Position numbers and translations under genes: made by a program. The notes beneath the pieces were generated by a model that saw only the letters and a list, made by a program, of their open reading frames with translations, was not told the origin of the DNA and did no database searches. From a virus (lineage: Duplodnaviria; Heunggongvirae; Uroviricota; Caudoviricetes), in IMG/VR virus record IMGVR_UViG_2547132254_000004, positions 1 through 44,342 of that record: a stretch of 44,342 nt of DNA; one strand, written 5' to 3'. Shown piece after piece: positions 30,514 through 39,663 of the stretch. How positions within the stretch are numbered: position 1 is the first letter of the stretch; every line of letters starts with the position of its first letter.

Positions 30514-31356
30514 TCAATGTACGGTATCGAGCAGCTTTAACAGCTCAGGGAATCGGGATTCGAAGAAATGCGGCTGCGTCTCGCGCGGATTTGCGGGACT
30601 GGTGATGTTCTTGCCGAACATGCAGCCTTTCGCTGTCAGTGACCAGAATTTTTTGATGTTGTTAATCGCGGTACGGCTGTATCGTTCGCGCTGCTCGACG
30701 ATCCCCAGCTTCACCATCTGGTGATATGCCTGATTAGCTGTCAGGCGGATACCATACTGCTTCAGCAATGCACTCAGTGACAGCGTGGGGCGGCTTGAGC
30801 CATCAGGCGCGTCAGCAGGAGCATCAATGGCATAGCGCGGTGCCAGATTCGGTAAGCCAACAGCCTCCTGGAGTTTCTGACAGGCCCCAAGCACTGAAGA
30901 GTTAGACAGGTTTAACTCCCTGCGCATAAAGTCCAGCAGAATCACTCCAGCCTGCATCTTGTCAGCAGCCTGCCCGGATAATTTTTCCGGTGCGCTGGTT
31001 ACCATATCGAAAGTACGGATCACCTTCAGATGGAATGACGGGCTGATCCACATTGCATAGGCATACACCAGTTCCTTGCAGACATAAGTTCCCCGTTCAT
31101 TTCCCCCATGAATCACACTCACCGGGTCAACACCCAAATTCTGGGTGTTGGTCAATTCATGAACAAGTTCAACAGTTTGTTGGCTGGAAAGAAACTTTCC
31201 TGGCTCCTTGGTTCTGGCATTTGCACCAGATGCTACTGCTGCGCGATGCAGATCGTTCAGGCTGTAACGCCCATAAGCATCACGACGAACTTCAATACCA
31301 TCAATGACCATCAGATTATTCATACTTCGTTTCTCCTTTTGCTCAGGCAGCTGCAC
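30514..31356 (-). CDS. KilA-N domain protein (antirepressor-like)
   Basis: 280 aa; N-terminal MNNLMVIDGIEVRRDAYGRYSLNDLHRAA fits KilA-N/APSES-type domains. Confidence 0.55.
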   Translation of the reverse strand: MQLPEQKEKRSMNNLMVIDGIEVRRDAYGRYSLNDLHRAAVASGANARTKEPGKFLSSQQTVELVHELTNTQNLGVDPVSVIHGGNERGTYVCKELVYAYAMWISPSFHLKVIRTFDMVTSAPEKLSGQAADKMQAGVILLDFMRRELNLSNSSVLGACQKLQEAVGLPNLAPRYAIDAPADAPDGSSRPTLSLSALLKQYGIRLTANQAYHQMVKLGIVEQRERYSRTAINNIKKFWSLTAKGCMFGKNITSPANPRETQPHFFESRFPELLKLLDTVH

Positions 31357-31732
31357 CCGCCGTTTTCTCGTACTTACTGATAGTGATCTCGACCTTCCCT
31401 TCCGGGATAACCGGTCCCCACTCCACCAGCATTCTTTTCACCTGACTGTCGTCTTCCCACACCCCCGCGTGGGTCAGGGCGTCAAACAGCGCCTTGTTAT
31501 AGTTGTCCAGATCGCGGATCCGGTTATCCGGAGGAAACAACACGATCTCCACTGAAGCAGGTGCCGACGTTGGTTTCGGCAGACGACGTAGCTGCTCAAC
31601 TATTGCTGCGCACGCCGCACTCTGGAATTTTCGCCCCGCCGCGCTTATCAGGCTCTTACCAGCAAACGCCCCTTTGTTGGGGTGTCGCCAGTACGTGTTC
31701 ACGCTGGGCGGAAAAGGCAGAATCAGCTTCAT
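31343..31732 (-). CDS. rusA: Holliday junction resolvase RusA
   Basis: 129 aa with LPFPPSVNTYWRH and RIRDLDNYNKALFDALTHAGVWEDDSQV, matching the RusA pattern. Confidence 0.85.
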   Translation of the reverse strand: MKLILPFPPSVNTYWRHPNKGAFAGKSLISAAGRKFQSAACAAIVEQLRRLPKPTSAPASVEIVLFPPDNRIRDLDNYNKALFDALTHAGVWEDDSQVKRMLVEWGPVIPEGKVEITISKYEKTAGAAA

Positions 31733-32088
31733 ACTTTCAGGCCCCTCTCATGTAACCAGTGGGCTGCACGCAGCCTGGCGTTTTCCTCACCGGCAAGCAG
31801 TGAGCGGATAATCCCGACCGCCTCGCTGTCGTCGTCCTTCACCGCGGTATGAAGCGTTATCCCCCGGGCCACGCCACGCTTTATCGTGATGACGCCTTTT
31901 TTCTCCAGTGCGCGAAGATGCTCTACCGCTGCATTCACTGAACGGTATCCCAGCATGGTTGCCACCTCCTGATTGGTTGGCGGAAAGCCACGCTCTTTCT
32001 GATAAGAAATCAGCATATCCAGCACCTGCTGCTGGCATTGAGTTAACGTCGTCATTACGCCCCCACGTAATTCCCTGACAGATACCAC
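31729..32088 (-). CDS. LexA-N-like winged-helix DNA-binding protein
   Basis: 119 aa; TQCQQQVLDMLISYQKERGFPPTNQEVATMLGYRSVNAAVEHLRALEKKGVI resembles the LexA N-terminal domain; no peptidase domain. Confidence 0.5.
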   Translation of the reverse strand: MVSVRELRGGVMTTLTQCQQQVLDMLISYQKERGFPPTNQEVATMLGYRSVNAAVEHLRALEKKGVITIKRGVARGITLHTAVKDDDSEAVGIIRSLLAGEENARLRAAHWLHERGLKV

Positions 32089-32549
32089 TCATCACTCGAT
32101 ACAGCGCGCTTGCTGCTTTTCCGTAAACACTGCTCACGACGCGCCAGAAAATTGTTTCGTTCTGGCTGGGAGTGGCTTTCACGGAATGCCGCCATCCACA
32201 CCGTTGCAGCACGACGGTATAAGCCCCTGGACTCCAGTTCTTCAGCCTGGCGGGTCAGGCACAAAATCTCCCGCGGGTCGTTAGTGCCGACATAGAAATT
32301 GCGCACAGGTCTGGTTTCACGAACTGGTTGCGGTTCCGCCTCCTGCGCTCTCTCAGTCAGGCGCGGGAAATGTCTGCGTGTATCCCCTTCACAACGGTGA
32401 GCCACACGCCCACTCTGACGTAACTTGCTTGCTGACTGCAGAACGCGCTGCCGTGAGTAACCTGCAAAAGCATCCGCAATGTCTCCGGAAGTACACCCCG
32501 GATGGGCTTCAATGTATTTCTGAACTTCATTCAAAAGACTCATGATCAC
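32055..32549 (-). CDS. PerC-family-like transcriptional regulator
   Basis: 164 aa; C-terminal LESRGLYRRAATVWMAAF matches the recalled PerC/Pch signature; N-terminal helix-turn-helix-like region. Confidence 0.45.
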   Translation of the reverse strand: MIMSLLNEVQKYIEAHPGCTSGDIADAFAGYSRQRVLQSASKLRQSGRVAHRCEGDTRRHFPRLTERAQEAEPQPVRETRPVRNFYVGTNDPREILCLTRQAEELESRGLYRRAATVWMAAFRESHSQPERNNFLARREQCLRKSSKRAVSSDEWYLSGNYVGA

Positions 32550-33487
32550 CCCCTGAATCCTGCCGGGATCTGGCTGTAGTCCACGTTGTCGTAACTGGCT
32601 TTGAAGTACGGGTCTTCGCGTTTTTCTGTGTACGTGCTGACGGACGGCGATAAGCGCAGGGAAAGCTCATCCCATTTTTCCCGCAGCTTCGACGGGCTGA
32701 GCACGTTACGGCACCAGAACGGATCGCGGCTGACGCGGCTGTACATCTCGCAGATTTGTTTGTGAGTACGACCATCCTGCACACACATCAGGCGAATTTC
32801 GTTTGCCCAGGCTGTCCAGTTCGGTTCTTTGGGACGAACCACCTCGCCGTCACATTCGGCGGCCAGCTCGTACAGGGCGATGATTTTTTTCCAGAGCCAC
32901 TGTGCGCAGGTCAAATCATCCTGCGTTCCCCACTGGCGCTTTTTAGGGCTGAATACAACCGCATCAGGATGGCGAGTTAAAAACTCCTGTTCAGCCGTCT
33001 GCGTGTCCGGTTGCGAAGCGTCCGGACGAGAAGTTTTTTTATCTGACGGATCATGTTTTGATTTTACTGACGGATCCCCGCCAGATTCTGACGGGTGAAA
33101 ACCCGCTTTTTTGCCAGATTTCGACGCATCAAATTTTGACGGGTCAGATTTTGATGCGTCAGATTTTGACGGGTCAGAATCTGACAATTGAGAAAATGCC
33201 GCTGCCTGAAGCTTCGCAACGTTAAGCTGATAAACATTCGACGCATTGCGGTTACCCTGGCGACGCGCCTTACGCGTTAACCAGCCTTCTGCTTCCAGCC
33301 GTGCGATAGCCGTTCTGACGGTACTCATCCCCGCGCCAATCTGACGGGCAATGGTTTCAATTGATGGCCAGCACACACCTTCGTCATTACTGAAATCAGC
33401 CAGGCGGGCCATAATTGCCACGCTGGATAATTTCATGCCTGACGCAGCGCAACCATCCCATACATAGCCGGTTAATTTAGTGCTCAT
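32546..33487 (-). CDS. Replication initiation protein (N-terminal wHTH; contains the iteron array)
   Basis: 313 aa; N-terminal HTH-like SVAIMARLADFSNDEGVCWPSIETIARQIGAGMSTVRTAIARLEAEGWL; internal SKSD peptide repeats coincide with 15-bp DNA repeats. Confidence 0.6.
   Translation of the reverse strand: MSTKLTGYVWDGCAASGMKLSSVAIMARLADFSNDEGVCWPSIETIARQIGAGMSTVRTAIARLEAEGWLTRKARRQGNRNASNVYQLNVAKLQAAAFSQLSDSDPSKSDASKSDPSKFDASKSGKKAGFHPSESGGDPSVKSKHDPSDKKTSRPDASQPDTQTAEQEFLTRHPDAVVFSPKKRQWGTQDDLTCAQWLWKKIIALYELAAECDGEVVRPKEPNWTAWANEIRLMCVQDGRTHKQICEMYSRVSRDPFWCRNVLSPSKLREKWDELSLRLSPSVSTYTEKREDPYFKASYDNVDYSQIPAGFRG
33040..33190. repeat. Iteron-like direct repeats (putative replication origin) inside the initiator gene
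   Basis: About 8 copies of a TCTGACGG(A/G)TC-centred unit; the last five (AGATTTTGACGGGTC / AGATTTTGATGCGTC) are spaced exactly 15 bp apart. Confidence 0.6.
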
Positions 33488-33496
33488 GACCGACCT

Positions 33497-33835
33497 CTAT
33501 TTCCCTGAATTTACGACGAAACTGTTCGAGCGGACTGAAGCATTCATGCTCATAGCCTTCGCGGAGGTAGATAACCCGTTGTGTTTCCGGCTCCCAACGA
33601 ATGACTCTGACGGGTACTCCGTAGTGATCTTTGAACCAGCGGTTAACTTGTCGCAAAGGACTGTCTCCTTTTGCCGGTTAAAATCACCCACAGCCCACTC
33701 TGCAAAGCTGTGGGTTACAATTACCCTGCCACCTGGTACATTTACTGCATAGCAATACTCCACCTTCGCTTTTCCACCCGGTACAGGAAGCGCAATCAGT
33801 TGCGAGCGACGGTAGTGTGTTGTTAAACTGTTCAT
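33497..33835 (-). CDS. Hypothetical protein between the cII-like and replication genes
   Basis: 112-aa track ORF in operon orientation; no recognisable motif. Confidence 0.3.
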   Translation of the reverse strand: MNSLTTHYRRSQLIALPVPGGKAKVEYCYAVNVPGGRVIVTHSFAEWAVGDFNRQKETVLCDKLTAGSKITTEYPSESFVGSRKHNGLSTSAKAMSMNASVRSNSFVVNSGK

Positions 33836-34383
33836 GCGTTAGTTTCTCCACAGTCACGACACGCCACGGCGCCCGGAGCTGCACACTCGCGGGCGTCATT
33901 ACTTTCTGAAATGCAAAAAATTTTGTAGACCAGTGCTGCATGCTCCTGCAGCTTCGAAATTGAGAGGTACAGCTCGTCGTTAATTGCTGTCTTCTCATGC
34001 GGTTCCACTACACCGTCTTCAATTGCTGAACGAATCTGTTTTGAATAACTGCCGATCTGTTCAATGACCTCCAGCAGGCGTTGGTTGATATCGGCGTTGT
34101 CCACATCCTCGACATCAGGAAGAGACACAAAGACGCCATTTGCAGACTGCGCCACAGCGTCAGCAATGAAGTGAGTTCCACCAGCACGTTGCAAAATCAT
34201 TGCCCATCCCAGCGGGAAAATCTGATCGCCATCGGCACGAAGGCGGTTAAATAATGCGTTCTCTGTTACATCCAGCCAGTCAGCAGCTTCAGCGTACCCC
34301 CCCGGCAACGCTGCGATAGTTTTTCTGACAGCTTTCACGTACCACTCAGGCTGTTTTTCTACTTTCCAGTGATGCTTACCCAC
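33832..34383 (-). CDS. CII-like regulatory protein (CP76-type)
   Basis: 183 aa directly downstream of cro in the rightward operon; family assignment from recollection. Confidence 0.5.
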   Translation of the reverse strand: MGKHHWKVEKQPEWYVKAVRKTIAALPGGYAEAADWLDVTENALFNRLRADGDQIFPLGWAMILQRAGGTHFIADAVAQSANGVFVSLPDVEDVDNADINQRLLEVIEQIGSYSKQIRSAIEDGVVEPHEKTAINDELYLSISKLQEHAALVYKIFCISESNDARECAAPGAVACRDCGETNA

Positions 34384-34636
34384 GGTTCACCTCCTGTTCC
34401 TGTGGTTTAAACCCATTCTGGTTTTGGCTAGATTGAAAACGTGCCGGATAAAGAATCTGCATTTCGCTGACTTCACCCTTAAAAAAATTGGCTAAACGTT
34501 CTGCAAGCTCGATAGATGGAATCTGCTCCAGCCTCTCAATACGACTCAACGTCGCTGGATTGACTTGAACACCCGCAGCAACATGCTGCAAAGTGAAACC
34601 ATGCGCCTTACGCACATTTCGTAATGGTGATTGCAT
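34376..34636 (-). CDS. Cro-like HTH (XRE family) repressor
   Basis: 86 aa with HTH HGFTLQHVAAGVQVNPATLSRIE; divergent from cI across an operator-containing spacer. Confidence 0.7.
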   Translation of the reverse strand: MQSPLRNVRKAHGFTLQHVAAGVQVNPATLSRIERLEQIPSIELAERLANFFKGEVSEMQILYPARFQSSQNQNGFKPQEQEVNRG

Positions 34637-34733
34637 ATGCCCTCCAAATATTGCGCGTTATGCATGTTATTTCACGCAATTATTTTGCGCAAGTTGATTT
34701 GCTTATCACGCAATAAAGAAATGTAATAAACGC
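34637..34733. promoter_or_regulatory. Right operator/promoter region with TTGC-N7-GCAA palindromes
   Basis: Palindromic 15-mers TTGCGCGTTATGCAT (34651-34665) and TTGCTTATCACGCAA (34699-34713), plus TTGCGCAA (34685-34692), between divergent cro and cI. Confidence 0.5.
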
Positions 34734-35426
34734 ATGAACATAGGAAACCGAGTCAGACAACTTCGCCAAGCGAAGAACATGAAAATCGCCGATCTCGCTG
34801 AAGCGATAGGAGTAGATGCGGCGAACATCTCGCGCTTAGAAACGGGTAAGCAAAAACAATTTACCGAACAAACACTGAGTAATATTGCCAAGAGCTTAGG
34901 TGTTGATATTGCTGATCTCTTTACCTCTGCCCACAAAAGTAATACTGTATATAAAAACAGTAATAATGAGGATGTTGCGCAGGTGAAGGATGTGTTCCGT
35001 ATTGAAATGCTGGATATCAGTGCCAGTGCGGGAAATGGCCTTATCCAGGGCGGTGATGTCATTGATGTGATTCATGCCATCGAATACAGAACTGATAATG
35101 CTGTATCAATGTTCGGCGGACGACCAGCCAATCACATCAAAGTTATCAACGTTCGTGGGGACAGTATGTGTCCAACCATTGAGCCAGGAGATCTCATCTT
35201 CGTTGATGTCAGCATCAATCAGTTTGATGGTGATGGTATATATGTCTTTGGTTTTGATGACAAAATATACGTTAAAAGACTTCAAATGATTCCTGACAAA
35301 CTGCTGGTGATTTCTGATAACCAGATTTACCGTGAATGGGGAATTACTAGCGAAAACGAACACCGATTCATGGTCTTTGGAAAGGTCTTAATCAGTCAGT
35401 CGCAAACCCTTAAGAGACATAATTAA
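34734..35426 (+). CDS. CI-type prophage repressor (XRE HTH plus S24/LexA-like peptidase domain)
   Basis: 230 aa; N-terminal HTH RVRQLRQAKNMKIADLAEAIGVDAANISRLETGK; C-terminal S24-like region (GDSMCPTIEPGDLIFVD ... VKRL). Confidence 0.85.
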   Translation: MNIGNRVRQLRQAKNMKIADLAEAIGVDAANISRLETGKQKQFTEQTLSNIAKSLGVDIADLFTSAHKSNTVYKNSNNEDVAQVKDVFRIEMLDISASAGNGLIQGGDVIDVIHAIEYRTDNAVSMFGGRPANHIKVINVRGDSMCPTIEPGDLIFVDVSINQFDGDGIYVFGFDDKIYVKRLQMIPDKLLVISDNQIYREWGITSENEHRFMVFGKVLISQSQTLKRHN

Positions 35427-35445
35427 CCTCAATATCCCATCCATC

Positions 35446-35469
35446 GGCCACCGAAAGGTGGCTTTTTAT
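35446..35469 (+). terminator. Rho-independent terminator after cI
   Basis: GCCACC-GAAA-GGTGGC followed by TTTTTATT, 20 nt after the cI stop. Confidence 0.55.
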
Positions 35470-35480
35470 TACCTATAAAT

Positions 35481-35517
35481 TTGCATATCTCGCAAACATC
35501 ACTTGCATATCTCGCAA
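35481..35517. promoter_or_regulatory. Left-operator-like pair of identical palindromes TTGCATATCTCGCAA
   Basis: Two identical copies (35481-35495, 35503-35517), same TTGC-N7-GCAA architecture as the cro/cI sites, upstream of the early-left genes. Confidence 0.45.
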
Positions 35518-35702
35518 TTTAATTTTATCTTTTGTTCCAGACCAACTACAGGATTACAACAAAATCTGGTTGCAACACGGTGCATGTGTCGTAAGCAGTC
35601 AGTAAATGTCAAAAACGAACAGGCAGGACGCCCACGAAGTAGCCGCCGGTGGCGTATGAATGACCGGATGATTCGTTAAATACTATGTGTAAGAGAGCGC
35701 AA

Positions 35703-35906
35703 ATGAACCGTTATTTCACATGCTCGTTTTGTGGCGCAAACGAGCTGCAGGCAAAAAAAATCATCGCCAAAGGCGGAAAAGATGAAGTTGCTATCTGCTC
35801 TGAGTGCGTAGTCTTGTGTGTCGGGGCATTAATCAATAGCAGCACAACTATTCGGTTCACACCAAATGAGAATGCGCCTTTAGATGCGCGGAAATCTGGA
35901 GGTTAA
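35703..35906 (+). CDS. Small ClpX-type C4 zinc-finger-like protein
   Basis: 67 aa from ATG 35703 (MNRYFTCSFCGANELQAKKIIAKGGKDEVAICSECVVLCV...); CSFCG...ICSECV spacing resembles the ClpX N-terminal zinc-binding domain; AAGAGAG RBS. Confidence 0.45.
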   Translation: MNRYFTCSFCGANELQAKKIIAKGGKDEVAICSECVVLCVGALINSSTTIRFTPNENAPLDARKSGG

Positions 35907-35914
35907 AGAACAAA

Positions 35915-36190
35915 ATGAAAGTCCAGATTTTAAACAATAGTGGTGAAGTCGTTTGGTCATACGACATAGCCGCTCCTGTAGATCAGAGCGGCGATAGCTG
36001 GACCAATGGGAAACATCAGATTATGGCTGGAGTTGTATTCTCTTTACGCCGTGCTTTGGAACAGGCTGAAGTCTTTCCATCAGACCCTGAATGGAAATGG
36101 CCTTTTTCTATTTGTCCAAATTCGGAGAGTACATTTCAGAAAATTGGTCAGAAAGTCGCACTCGAAGAGCATCAGCCAACTGTTTCCTGA
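35915..36190 (+). CDS. Hypothetical early-left protein
   Basis: 91-aa ATG ORF; 3' end overlaps a convergent minus-strand ORF, so one of the two may be spurious. Confidence 0.3.
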   Translation: MKVQILNNSGEVVWSYDIAAPVDQSGDSWTNGKHQIMAGVVFSLRRALEQAEVFPSDPEWKWPFSICPNSESTFQKIGQKVALEEHQPTVS

Positions 36191-36353
36191 TTTTTTCAGG
36201 TAACTCGTCGGCATCGCAGAAACAACAACGCTCGATCATGTTGAAAGCCGATTCGTAGAACTGTTTCTGCTGAGTGTCGCTGAGACAGGAAAAGAGCGAC
36301 GTTACGATGATTTTATTAATTGCATTATCAAGTTCTTTTTCATCAAAAGTCAT
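36108..36353 (-). CDS. Hypothetical small acidic protein, antisense to the early-left operon
   Basis: 81 aa with ATG start and AAGGA RBS; helical/acidic composition. Confidence 0.35.
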   Translation of the reverse strand: MTFDEKELDNAINKIIVTSLFSCLSDTQQKQFYESAFNMIERCCFCDADELPEKIRKQLADALRVRLSDQFSEMYSPNLDK

Positions 36354-36790
36354 TTGATTTTCCTTTTATGTATACGGGCTTAAAAGGATACCACCGAGCC
36401 TGAAGTGGTGAAAAGACAGGCACATAACAGCTAAGTATTTTCAACCAGAGAGAATCCTTAGCGTTGTGGTGAATGCGGCTCAGCGCACGCGGGTTAAGGT
36501 TGAGGCTGACAGTCGACCTTCTGTGGATACCCACCCGCCTGGTGTGCAACCTTCGCCAGGCACCGGGAGGCACCCGGCACCACAACTTTATGCTGTGTGT
36601 AGTCCTGGCGGTACCAGTTTGTACCCTTGCTTCCGGCTGGTACCGCTCTTTTTACAAAACAGAGAAGAGCATCACCGGACGACGGGCTCATAACCCAATC
36701 CATCCGGGCGGCTGCCACCGCAGGTGTTCTTCTCTGTTTTGTGGAGAAACTAATCGGCCTTGCAGGGTCGATATGATGAGGAGCAGCAAA

Positions 36791-37153
36791 ATGGCTAGCG
36801 AACGCAGTACTGATGTGCAGGCATTTATCGGGGAGCTGGACGGCGGCGTATTTGAAACCAAAATCGGCGCAGTTCTCAGTGAAGTCGCTTCCGGTGTGAT
36901 GAACACGAAAACCAAAGGGAAGGTCTCACTCAATCTGGAAATCGAACCGTTTGATGAGAACCGTGTGAAAATCAAACACAAACTCTCATATGTTCGCCCG
37001 ACTAACCGCGGGAAAATTTCCGAAGAAGACACCACCGAAACGCCGATGTATGTCAATCGCGGTGGTCGCCTGACTATTCTGCAGGAAGACCAGGGACAAT
37101 TACTGACTCTTGCCGGTGAACCTGACGGAAAACTCCGCGCAGCAGGTCGTTAA
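36791..37153 (+). CDS. yfdP: YfdP-like prophage protein
   Basis: 120 aa from ATG 36791 (MASERSTDVQAF...) with GAGGAG RBS; size and position before the yfdQ-like gene match CPS-53 as I recall it; the longer track ORF from 36473 is judged an artefact. Confidence 0.5.
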   Translation: MASERSTDVQAFIGELDGGVFETKIGAVLSEVASGVMNTKTKGKVSLNLEIEPFDENRVKIKHKLSYVRPTNRGKISEEDTTETPMYVNRGGRLTILQEDQGQLLTLAGEPDGKLRAAGR

Positions 37154-37218
37154 TATCGTTCTTAATAAACTGATTATTTATCTCATCACTGAATATCTTT
37201 ATATAGTGAGGACTTATT

Positions 37219-38043
37219 ATGTCTCAGAACTTAGACGCAACCGCAATTAATCAAATCCATGCCCTTATTTCTGCTCAGGGTGTTAATGAAATTATCAGTA
37301 AGATTGGTGCCGATGCTGTGGCATTGCCTGAGAATTACCGCATTCATGATCTGGAAAAATTTAATTTAAATCGTTTCCGTTTCCGTGGTGCGCTTTCCAC
37401 TGCCAGCATCGATGACTTTACCCGTTATTCTAAAGATCTTGCAGATGAAGGCACCCGCTGCTTTATCGATGCCGATAATATGCGTGCCGTCAGTGTGCTT
37501 AACCTGGGTACTATTGATGAGCCAGGTCACGCAGATAACACTGCCACTCTCAAACTGAAAAAGACAGCACCGTTCTCTGCTCTGTTGTCTGTTAACGGCG
37601 AGCGTAACTCCCAGAAGTCACTGGCAGAATGGATCGAAGACTGGGCCGACTACCTTGTGGGCTTTGATGCTAATGGTGATGCCATTCAGGCAACAAAAGC
37701 GGCTGCGGCAGTCCGTAAAATCACGATTGAAGCAAACCAGACTGCTGATTTTGAAGATAATGACTTCAGCGGCAAACGCTCCCTGATGGAGTCTGTCGAA
37801 GCGAAGACCAAAGACATTATGCCAGTGGCATTTGAGTTTAAATGCGTTCCGTTTGAAGGTCTGAAAGAACGTCCGTTTAAATTACGCCTCAGCATTATCA
37901 CTGGCGATCGTCCGGTACTGGTTCTGCGCATTATTCAGCTGGAAGCGGTGCAGGAAGATATGGCTAACGAATTTCGTGATCTGCTTGTTGAGAAATTCAA
38001 GGACAGCAAAGTAGAAACCTTTATTGGGACTTTCACCGCCTGA
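37219..38043 (+). CDS. yfdQ: YfdQ-like prophage protein (DUF2303-type)
   Basis: 274 aa with GAGGA RBS; length and N-terminus match my recollection of CPS-53 YfdQ. Confidence 0.55.
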   Translation: MSQNLDATAINQIHALISAQGVNEIISKIGADAVALPENYRIHDLEKFNLNRFRFRGALSTASIDDFTRYSKDLADEGTRCFIDADNMRAVSVLNLGTIDEPGHADNTATLKLKKTAPFSALLSVNGERNSQKSLAEWIEDWADYLVGFDANGDAIQATKAAAAVRKITIEANQTADFEDNDFSGKRSLMESVEAKTKDIMPVAFEFKCVPFEGLKERPFKLRLSIITGDRPVLVLRIIQLEAVQEDMANEFRDLLVEKFKDSKVETFIGTFTA

Positions 38044-38334
38044 TTTCATTACTGCAAATGCCCCTGCGGGGGCATTTATGGAAACGTAATTGACTCAATA
38101 ATCGCCTGAAGGCGAGGGTTTTCTTTAACCAAAATTCAGCGCGGTGCAGCGCATATAACGTGGAGAACAAAATGTCATTTATTAAAACTTTTTCCGGGAA
38201 GCATTTTTATTATGACAGGATAAATAAAGACAACATCGATATTAACGATATCGCGGTTTCCCTTTCAAATATCTGTCGCTTTGCCGGCCATCTTTCACAC
38301 TTCTACAGCGTCGCCCAACATGCGGTGCTTTGCA

Positions 38335-39663
38335 CTGATGAATCCCCTAATGATTTTGGTAAAAATCATTAAGTTAAGGTGGATACACATCTTGTCATAT
38401 GATCAAATGGTTTCGCGAAAAATCAATAATCAGACAACAAGATGTGCGAACTCGATATTTTACACGACTCTCTTTACCAATTCTGCCCCGAATTACACTT
38501 AAAACGACTCAACAGCTTAACGTTGGCTTGCCACGCATTACTTGACTGTAAAACTCTCACTCTTACCGAACTTGGCCGTAACCTGCCAACCAAAGCGAGA
38601 ACAAAACATAACATCAAACGAATCGACCGATTGTTAGGTAATCGTCACCTCCACAAAGAGCGACTCGCTGTATACCGTTGGCATGCTAGCTTTATCTGTT
38701 CGGGCAATACGATGCCCATTGTACTTGTTGACTGGTCTGATATTCGTGAGCAAAAACGACTTATGGTATTGCGAGCTTCAGTCGCACTACACGGTCGTTC
38801 TGTTACTCTTTATGAGAAAGCGTTCCCGCTTTCAGAGCAATGTTCAAAGAAAGCTCATGACCAATTTCTAGCCGACCTTGCGAGCATTCTACCGAGTAAC
38901 ACCACACCGCTCATTGTCAGTGATGCTGGCTTTAAAGTGCCATGGTATAAATCCGTTGAGAAGCTGGGTTGGTACTGGTTAAGTCGAGTAAGAGGAAAAG
39001 TACAATATGCAGACCTAGGAGCGGAAAACTGGAAACCTATCAGCAACTTACATGATATGTCATCTAGTCACTCAAAGACTTTAGGCTATAAGAGGCTGAC
39101 TAAAAGCAATCCAATCTCATGCCAAATTCTATTGTATAAATCTCGCTCTAAAGGCCGAAAAAATCAGCGCTCGACACGGACTCATTGTCACCACCCGTCA
39201 CCTAAAATCTACTCAGCGTCGGCAAAGGAGCCATGGGTTCTAGCAACTAACTTACCTGTTGAAATTCGAACACCCAAACAACTTGTTAATATCTATTCGA
39301 AGCGAATGCAGATTGAAGAAACCTTCCGAGACTTGAAAAGTCCTGCCTACGGACTAGGCCTACGCCATAGCCGAACGAGCAGCTCAGAGCGTTTTGATAT
39401 CATGCTGCTAATCGCCCTGATGCTTCAACTAACATGTTGGCTTGCGGGCGTTCATGCTCAGAAACAAGGTTGGGACAAGCACTTCCAGGCTAACACAGTC
39501 AGAAATCGAAACGTACTCTCAACAGTTCGCTTAGGCATGGAAGTTTTGCGGCATTCTGGCTACACAATAACAAGGGAAGACTTACTCGTGGCTGCAACCC
39601 TACTAGCTCAAAATTTATTCACACATGGTTACGCTTTGGGGAAATTATGAGGGGATCTCTCAG
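38335..39663 (+). mobile_element. IS10 (IS4 family), 1329 bp, flanked by 9-bp target duplication TGCTTTGCA
   Basis: Ends CTGATGAATCCCCTAATGATTTTGG... and ...GGGGATCTCTCAG match IS10 termini; identical TGCTTTGCA at 38326-38334 and 39664-39672. Confidence 0.95.
38442..39650 (+). CDS. IS10 transposase
   Basis: 402 aa (MCELDILHDSLYQFCPELHLKRLNSLTLACHALLDCKTLTL...) matching the IS10/Tn10 transposase. Confidence 0.95.
   Translation: MCELDILHDSLYQFCPELHLKRLNSLTLACHALLDCKTLTLTELGRNLPTKARTKHNIKRIDRLLGNRHLHKERLAVYRWHASFICSGNTMPIVLVDWSDIREQKRLMVLRASVALHGRSVTLYEKAFPLSEQCSKKAHDQFLADLASILPSNTTPLIVSDAGFKVPWYKSVEKLGWYWLSRVRGKVQYADLGAENWKPISNLHDMSSSHSKTLGYKRLTKSNPISCQILLYKSRSKGRKNQRSTRTHCHHPSPKIYSASAKEPWVLATNLPVEIRTPKQLVNIYSKRMQIEETFRDLKSPAYGLGLRHSRTSSSERFDIMLLIALMLQLTCWLAGVHAQKQGWDKHFQANTVRNRNVLSTVRLGMEVLRHSGYTITREDLLVAATLLAQNLFTHGYALGKL

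Noticed and set aside
33040-33190. Possible CRISPR array
   Set aside because: 15-bp period with no unique spacers, no cas genes, and located inside a coding sequence; fits replication iterons.
33497-34636. Toxin-antitoxin pair formed by the Cro-like HTH and neighbouring small ORFs
   Set aside because: Gene order and divergent arrangement with the CI-type repressor fit a canonical cro/cII immunity region.
35703-36353. Rex-like exclusion genes downstream of cI
   Set aside because: cI is followed by its own terminator and the downstream ORFs are small with no resemblance to RexA/RexB.
36473-36790. N-terminal 106-codon extension of the yfdP-like ORF in the track
   Set aside because: No start signal; the ATG at 36791 has a GAGGAG RBS and gives the expected 120 aa.
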